Below are positions 58,519 through 64,000 of a stretch of DNA of 64,000 nucleotides, one piece after another (position 1 is the stretch's first letter; each line of letters opens with the position of its first letter). Origin of the DNA: an uncultured Gammaproteobacteria bacterium (GTDB taxonomy: Bacteria; Patescibacteriota; Microgenomatia; Daviesbacterales; UBA10151); assembly GCA_964523905.1 (NCBI GenBank), contig CAZFYQ010000004.1, positions 31,535-95,534 on the forward strand, given 5' to 3'. Position numbers and translations under genes: made by a program. The notes under the pieces were generated by a model that was not told the origin of the DNA, made no database searches, and was given only the letters and a program-made list of their open reading frames with translations.

Positions 58519-59131
58519 TGGATCTCGTAAAAAACTAATTGATTTAAAGCAAAAATTTGCCACTGAAAATGTGGTAACTTTTGAAGAGGGCAGCCCAGTC
58601 GCAGACATTTTGGCCAGTTTACAAACTGTTTCAATGTTTGACGGGGAAAGACTAATTATTGTCGAAAATCCGTCGGATGATTTTTCTAACTATGCCCTGT
58701 TGCCTGCACCCTGCACCCTAGTTTTGTGGTTTGACCATGAACTGGCTGCTAAAAATATTCCACCAGGTGTTGAAGTATTATTTTTTCAGGAAGCGCCAGA
58801 AGCTTCAATGTTTCCCTTGTTGGATAGTTTAGGAAACAAAGATAAAAAAGCCTTTTTGGAGCTGGAAAAAAGAAATCGCACTTCCCCCAATGACACGCAG
58901 TATATTTTTACCATGGTATTTTATTTGCTTAGAAGCCTTATTTTTGTACCAGCCAAATCCTCGGAATTTGTCAAAAAAAAGATGGCCAGACAAAGAATCA
59001 ATTTTACAAGGCCTCAGATAACAGCTTTGTACAAATTAATTTTGGAAACAGATTTTAAAATAAAAACTGGTTTAATGGAACCCAAACACGCAGAGTACTT
59101 ATTGATTGCCGGATTTCTTAATGGCGTCTAA
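58484..59131 (+). CDS. holA: probable DNA polymerase III delta subunit (reduced)
   Basis: LLHG, SMFDGERLIIVEN, D.KIKTG; divergent. Confidence 0.65.
   Translation: MKVVLLHGSGTSGSRKKLIDLKQKFATENVVTFEEGSPVADILASLQTVSMFDGERLIIVENPSDDFSNYALLPAPCTLVLWFDHELAAKNIPPGVEVLFFQEAPEASMFPLLDSLGNKDKKAFLELEKRNRTSPNDTQYIFTMVFYLLRSLIFVPAKSSEFVKKKMARQRINFTRPQITALYKLILETDFKIKTGLMEPKHAEYLLIAGFLNGV
58686..58720 (+). repeat. degenerate heptamer array in holA
   Basis: ctaacta tgccctg ttgcctg caccctg cacccta; encodes NYALLPAPCTL. Confidence 0.75.
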
Positions 59132-60028
59132 CATTAGGTCAATATCTTTTTGATTAACTGCGCCGTCACCGTTTAGGTCAGCTTTTTTATAACTGGCAAT
59201 GTTTTGCGGATTTTTCGGTTGGGGACCAAAATTTTCCAAAATTACTGCCATGTCAGCGGAGTTAATTTTGCCGTCTTTGTTTAAATCATAGTCAATGTTA
59301 TCAACCGGATTGGTTAAATCTAAATTTTCGCCTAACGTTACTGAGGGCAAACCCTGTTTTAAACTACTTAATTTAAATAGAACAGATGATGTGCCTTTAT
59401 CGGATAATATGACCAGTTTTGCCACAGTATCAGGAGTTAAAGGATAAATTCCTGATAAATCTTTTTTTCGGATTTGGGAGATCGGGATTAAAAAATTTCC
59501 CGAGTTTTTAGTTAAAGCTGCTTGGGTTGCAGCATCAGCAATTGATAGATAAACCAAAGCATCGTTTAAAGGCAGATTGTTACTAACAACTGATCCAATA
59601 ATTGGTTGAAAACCGGTTTGGCTGGAAATTGGGGTGGCAGTAGTGAAATTTCGTGTATCTGATGAGGTATTAGATACTACTCGATACTCGTAGATGGTTT
59701 TAGGTGACAAGTTTTTTAAACTGACAAAGTGCATTAAATGGGCTTTGGGATTTTTTTGATCTCTGTCATCTAACACTGTTTGTTCATCTAGGCTGTTTTG
59801 ACCAAATCGGATAAAAGAAGTGGAAGGGCTAGAGGTTTGCCAGGAGATGGTAGCTGTCGTATCAGATACATTGGAAACAGTAATATTTTGTGGGAGTAAA
59901 TCAGGTGAAGCCTGGGAGATAAAGGTTTGCTGCTTAAGACTTAGCAAAATACCTGCGGCAATTCCCAAAGCAATTACAGTCAGCCCAAGCAGTGTGGGTA
60001 TGCGAAATCTGCTGAAGAGATTTTTCAT
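59099..60028 (-). CDS. fibronectin-III-like + dockerin-like surface protein
   Basis: TM, ISWQT...H.V.LKNL.P.T.Y.Y, paired DLNKDGKINSAD / DLNGDGAVNQKD loops. Confidence 0.8.
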   Translation of the reverse strand: MKNLFSRFRIPTLLGLTVIALGIAAGILLSLKQQTFISQASPDLLPQNITVSNVSDTTATISWQTSSPSTSFIRFGQNSLDEQTVLDDRDQKNPKAHLMHFVSLKNLSPKTIYEYRVVSNTSSDTRNFTTATPISSQTGFQPIIGSVVSNNLPLNDALVYLSIADAATQAALTKNSGNFLIPISQIRKKDLSGIYPLTPDTVAKLVILSDKGTSSVLFKLSSLKQGLPSVTLGENLDLTNPVDNIDYDLNKDGKINSADMAVILENFGPQPKNPQNIASYKKADLNGDGAVNQKDIDLMLDAIKKSGNQ

Positions 60029-60195
60029 TTTGTTAGGCTTGATGTATCAAAATCCGGACTAATTGGTTTCATTAATTCCTGAGTTTTTTGAGGTATTTCT
60101 ACCTGGGCGCGGGCATGTAAGACATTAAATAGCTCCCAAGCACAAATGGTAATGAAAGTTAACACCACAGCAATTAGTATTTCTTTTCTAGTCAC
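60025..60195 (-). CDS. small single-TM protein in the pil operon (56 aa, not in ORF track)
   Basis: MTRKEILIAVVLTFITICAWELFNVLHARAQVEIPQKTQELMKPISPDFDTSSLTK; GTGA and ATGA overlaps at both ends. Confidence 0.75.
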   Translation of the reverse strand: MTRKEILIAVVLTFITICAWELFNVLHARAQVEIPQKTQELMKPISPDFDTSSLTK

Positions 60196-60797
60196 TTTAT
60201 GTAATATGCCTTTCCGGTTATTGATAACACCAGTCCATCTCCTTCAGCCAATTTTGCCAAAGATAAGTTATCAACAGAGATTAACCTAGCAGAACTTTTC
60301 AAATCTTGCAATAAATTAACCAAGTTAGGATAGTTTCCTTCCACATTAAAAATAAAATCAATGTGTGCAATATCACCAACTGTATTATCAATTGGAGGGG
60401 TGAGGATCAAAGGCTGAATTTGCAAAGCAGAAATTGAGGCATCATGGGCTTTAGCAGTTTGCTCTAAAGAGCTAGTTAAAGTACTAATTTCAATCATATC
60501 CGGAACTGCGGTTGAAATTTTAGTTTTAATAGCAGGATCCATGTTATCGTAATTTTGTTTTCCCGTAGATAAATTTTTGGCTTTTAAAGTAACTTTTTCT
60601 AAGATCTGATTTTCATCAGCCAGATTTTTTTGTAACACCAAAATGGTTTCAATAGTCGGCTTGATGGCATAGACAATAAAAAAAACCATCACAAACAAGG
60701 TAAAAATCACTGAGCCGTAAGTTTTAACAATCGGCAGCCGGGTTACTGGTTTAATATAAGTAAAATATCTAGAATATCTTGATGATTCGTTTGGCAT
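60192..60797 (-). CDS. pilO: type IV pilus assembly protein PilO-like
   Basis: TM, coiled coil, VEGNYPNL..LL..L....RLISV. Confidence 0.75.
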   Translation of the reverse strand: MPNESSRYSRYFTYIKPVTRLPIVKTYGSVIFTLFVMVFFIVYAIKPTIETILVLQKNLADENQILEKVTLKAKNLSTGKQNYDNMDPAIKTKISTAVPDMIEISTLTSSLEQTAKAHDASISALQIQPLILTPPIDNTVGDIAHIDFIFNVEGNYPNLVNLLQDLKSSARLISVDNLSLAKLAEGDGLVLSITGKAYYIK

Positions 60798-60802
60798 ATT
60801 TT

Positions 60803-61375
60803 TTAAATTCCTGGACTGGCATCTAAACTGACGCTAAAACTAATGCTGCTATTTTCCAGCGAAATACTAGTGACAGAAACATTTTGGAATGATGCATCTT
60901 GTTTTAAGCCGGCAATAAAACCGGCCAAACTAACATTATTATTGGCTGAAGCAGTGATGGTGGCAGCTACTTTGGCGCTGTTTTTATTTAAGTTTAAGGT
61001 AATAATTTTTACACCACTGGGAACTTCACTGGCAATTTTTTTAAGAATTATTGGATAATCAATATAGCTTGATTTAACAGAGGAAATAGTGGAGAGCTTC
61101 AGTTGGGTTTTTCTAATTGTGACCTCAACTGGCTGTAAACTTTCAATATATGGCAGTTGTTGAGCAATGGCATCTTTTTTAGCTGCTAAATCTTCATCTA
61201 ATTTAAAGCGGGAAATAAACACAATTAACACTAAAGCTTCAACAAAAATTAAAATATAGCGGCCACTGGATAAAAGCCATCGGATAAATTTGGAAAAGAT
61301 TTTTTCCGGTCTACTTTGGGGTTTTAATAAGTCTAAATTTAAGGCAGGAAACTTAATCCCTTTTTCTTTGGGCAT
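60803..61375 (-). CDS. pilN: type IV pilus assembly protein PilN-like
   Basis: LNLDLL N-terminal motif, TM, VPSGVKI, F..LKQ..F.NV. Confidence 0.75.
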   Translation of the reverse strand: MPKEKGIKFPALNLDLLKPQSRPEKIFSKFIRWLLSSGRYILIFVEALVLIVFISRFKLDEDLAAKKDAIAQQLPYIESLQPVEVTIRKTQLKLSTISSVKSSYIDYPIILKKIASEVPSGVKIITLNLNKNSAKVAATITASANNNVSLAGFIAGLKQDASFQNVSVTSISLENSSISFSVSLDASPGI

Positions 61376-61428
61376 GAATACATTTTACGTTTTTGTTAGG
61401 CAAAAAGGCAAGCCAGTCTGAGTAGGGC

Positions 61429-62148
61429 TTATAATGGTTTATCCAAAGACTGGTCGAGATTTTGAAGGGCCATTTGTATTCTAGCGGAAGCAAAAGAGAG
61501 CCCTTGAAAGTTCTCTTTAAGTTCTCCTAGAAGGGGTGTTGAATGCTCACGATGATATTCAAAGAGTGCGTCAAGTTTTTTTTGTGCATCTCCGTCTCCA
61601 TCTTTAGATTTCATTGTAAGTTCTACTACGCGCATGTTCCCTTCTAGTGTTCCATGGGTATATAAATCCAACTGATTCCTATTACCACGAACTTCCAATA
61701 GTCTATTCCTTACATGAGTTAGACCGGCTCTATCTCCTAATAGATGGGTTGGTATATCTCCTTCCTCAAAATAATGCTGGGTAAAACCTTTCCAACCTGG
61801 TGTTGGCACTCCTCTTATTGCATAAGCTATTGAGACTGTAGCTGCTAATTTATATGGTATGGTAGCAAGAAGACCTTGATCTTGAGCCTCTCCCCAAATT
61901 GAAACCATATCTAAAGGTTCTAGGGAAAAATCACCCGTATCCTCAATGGCATCTGCCAGGAATCCAAAATTGCCTTTAATAAAAGCATCCTTATTAGCAC
62001 TTTCTGCTATACCAGAAAGATCGGAATTTAGTCGGGCAATTCTTGGAGCATGAGACCTCAATACTAAAACTACTGGGTGAGTTACTCCAACTCTGGCTTC
62101 AGCCTGCGAAACCTGTTCTTTGGTTAAATTAGATTGCTCTGGGCTCAT
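61429..62148 (-). CDS. orphan hypothetical protein
   Basis: likely start MSPEQ (62148) after TATACT-N10. Confidence 0.6.
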   Translation of the reverse strand: MSPEQSNLTKEQVSQAEARVGVTHPVVLVLRSHAPRIARLNSDLSGIAESANKDAFIKGNFGFLADAIEDTGDFSLEPLDMVSIWGEAQDQGLLATIPYKLAATVSIAYAIRGVPTPGWKGFTQHYFEEGDIPTHLLGDRAGLTHVRNRLLEVRGNRNQLDLYTHGTLEGNMRVVELTMKSKDGDGDAQKKLDALFEYHREHSTPLLGELKENFQGLSFASARIQMALQNLDQSLDKPL

Positions 62149-62208
62149 ATTGAGGCTGAGTATAGCATTTAGGTTGTTATAAAGCAAAGTTCGCTGTGTT
62201 TTAAGAAA

Positions 62209-62496
62209 CTATTTCTTAGCAGTTGATTTTTTAGGAGCGGATTTTTTGGTGGAGATTACGGTTCCGGTTACACCTTTGGAAAGACGGGATTTTAATCTAT
62301 TGGCTTTGCTTTTGTGAATTAAATTCACTTTAACAGCTTTGTCTAAAGCAGAAAAAGCTGCTTGAAGATCAGTAGCAGCTTTGGAAATTCTGACTTTTTT
62401 AATAGAAGCTTTAACAGCCATGGCCCTTGTTTTATTACGAGCGGTTCTGACTTTATCTTTTCTAACTTTTTTAATGGCGGACTTAATGATTGGCAT
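62209..62496 (-). CDS. rpsT: 30S ribosomal protein S20
   Basis: MPIIKSAIKK, LDKAVK..LIHKSKANRLKSRL. Confidence 0.96.
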   Translation of the reverse strand: MPIIKSAIKKVRKDKVRTARNKTRAMAVKASIKKVRISKAATDLQAAFSALDKAVKVNLIHKSKANRLKSRLSKGVTGTVISTKKSAPKKSTAKK

Positions 62497-62598
62497 AAGT
62501 TACCCTGGAATGTTATCATGCCTATTCAGTTTTGGCAAGCAAGAATGCTAAACTTAAAATTATAGTAGGAGACTATAATTTTCTACATTCAAAAATAG

Positions 62599-64000
62599 AT
62601 GGTCAAAAATATATTTTCAATTCTAACAGCCAGGCAAACATCAATATTGTCAGCGGCCTCAATTATTATGGTGACCATGATGTTTTCCAAGGTACTGGGT
62701 TTAATTCGTGACCGACTGTTAGCTCACGCCTTTGCACCGGATAAGATTGATATTTTTTGGGCAGCTTTTCGTTTACCTGATCTAATTTTTCAAATCCTAA
62801 TCTTAGGAGCACTGTCTGTGGCTTTTATTCCGGTTTTTACCGAACACTTAGAATCCAAAGGTAAAACAGATGCATTTGAATTAACCCGTGGAATCTTGAA
62901 TATCTCTTTACTGATTTTTATGGTGATTGCTGTAATCGTTGCTATCTTCGCCAAGCCTTTAATTGCTAATTTTATTGCCCCTGGTTTTACTCCGGATAAA
63001 CAAGCTCAGGTGATTGTATTAACCAGGATTATTTTTGTCGGACAGATCCTCTTGGTTTTTGGAGCTTTGTTTATTGGTTTGTTGCAGTCTTTCCAAAAGT
63101 TTATTATTCCAGCTTTGGCGCCGATTTTTTATAACTTGGGGATTATTTTAGGGATAGTCTTTTTTGCCAAGCCTTTTGGCATTGCGGGTGCGGCAATTGG
63201 GGTGATTTTGGGTGCGATTTTACATGCTTTAATTCAGCTACCTTTAGTTTGGTCAATGGGCTTTCGGTTTAAAATGCCCAGGAAATTTTTACATCCCGGG
63301 GTTTTGGAAATTATCCATCTAATGAGTATTCGGACCATCGGTTTGGCTGCCGAGCAGATTAATGAAACAGTGGGAGTGGCTTTGGCATCCCTGGCTGCGG
63401 TTGGGTCTGTGACTTATTTAACTTTTGCCCAGCATTTGCAGGTGGTACCAATTGGCTTGTTTGGTGCTACTTTAGCACAAGCAGCCATGCCGGTTTTATC
63501 AACAGAACGGTCGCGGGGTAAAATTGAGGAATTCAAGATCACCCTGTTAACTACTTTTCATCAAATCATGTTTTTATCTTTGCCGGCCACGGCAATTTTA
63601 ATTGTGATTCGGATACCGGTAGTCAGACTGGTGTTTGGGGCTTCCCAATTTGACTGGAAAGCTACTGTGTTAACCGGAGCCACTTTGGCTTTTCTGGCCA
63701 TCGGCTTGGCTGCACAGGCAATTTCTTTACTTTTGGTGCGGGGTTTTTATGCCATGAAAGATACTAAAACTCCAGTGCTGGTTTCTTTGTTGGTGGTGGC
63801 TTTAAATATTATCTTAAGTCTTTATTTTATTGTGTTTTTAAAGATGGAGGTCTGGAGTTTGGGGCTGGCTAATTCTATTTCGGCTTTAGTTTCTGGTGTG
63901 CTGCTTTTCTGGGGACTGCATTTTAAAGTAGGTAAGTTTAATTTAAGAGCAGTTTTAGTCCCGCTTGGAAAAATGTTAATGGCAACTATGATTATGGGGG
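62599..64000 (+). CDS. murJ: lipid II flippase MurJ (partial, runs off the window)
   Basis: translated by hand: SKVLGLIRDRLLA, AAFRLPDLIF, GALSVAFIPVF. Confidence 0.93.
   Translation, partial: MVKNIFSILTARQTSILSAASIIMVTMMFSKVLGLIRDRLLAHAFAPDKIDIFWAAFRLPDLIFQILILGALSVAFIPVFTEHLESKGKTDAFELTRGILNISLLIFMVIAVIVAIFAKPLIANFIAPGFTPDKQAQVIVLTRIIFVGQILLVFGALFIGLLQSFQKFIIPALAPIFYNLGIILGIVFFAKPFGIAGAAIGVILGAILHALIQLPLVWSMGFRFKMPRKFLHPGVLEIIHLMSIRTIGLAAEQINETVGVALASLAAVGSVTYLTFAQHLQVVPIGLFGATLAQAAMPVLSTERSRGKIEEFKITLLTTFHQIMFLSLPATAILIVIRIPVVRLVFGASQFDWKATVLTGATLAFLAIGLAAQAISLLLVRGFYAMKDTKTPVLVSLLVVALNIILSLYFIVFLKMEVWSLGLANSISALVSGVLLFWGLHFKVGKFNLRAVLVPLGKMLMATMIMG

Overview
AT-rich bacterial chromosome segment read in standard code 11. 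Gene content and compact proteins point to a Patescibacteria/CPR (Microgenomates-like) organism; this is an inference. It is mostly housekeeping and envelope genes: rpmH-rnpA-yidD-yidC-jag, rplY, valS, tsaD, murB, groES-groEL, metG, tatD, sbcD/sbcC, pcrA, tpiA, holA, pilN-pilO, rpsT and murJ, plus glycosyltransferases, interspersed with single orphan genes. I found no rRNA, tRNA, CRISPR array, transposase or prophage. The most notable signals are: (1) at least 13 imperfect 7-nt tandem arrays written in-frame into coding regions, length-neutral in tsaD, plus an 8-nt array directly upstream of a four-helix-bundle (Avd/IVP-like) gene; (2) REP-like palindromes embedded in-frame in valS, pcrA and two other genes; (3) a complete SAM-I riboswitch with terminator and antiterminator controlling a methyltransferase, convergent with an adenosine kinase-ahcY operon, with an unexplained promoter-driven 73-nt structured RNA between them; (4) pervasive leaderless architecture (TANNNT, 6-7 nt, start codon); (5) an (AG)7 tract inside a promoter spacer; (6) a DUF5678-like/retropepsin two-gene module; and (7) a pseudo-epimerase-DUF4012 fusion. 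All family calls are from motif recognition, not database searches.
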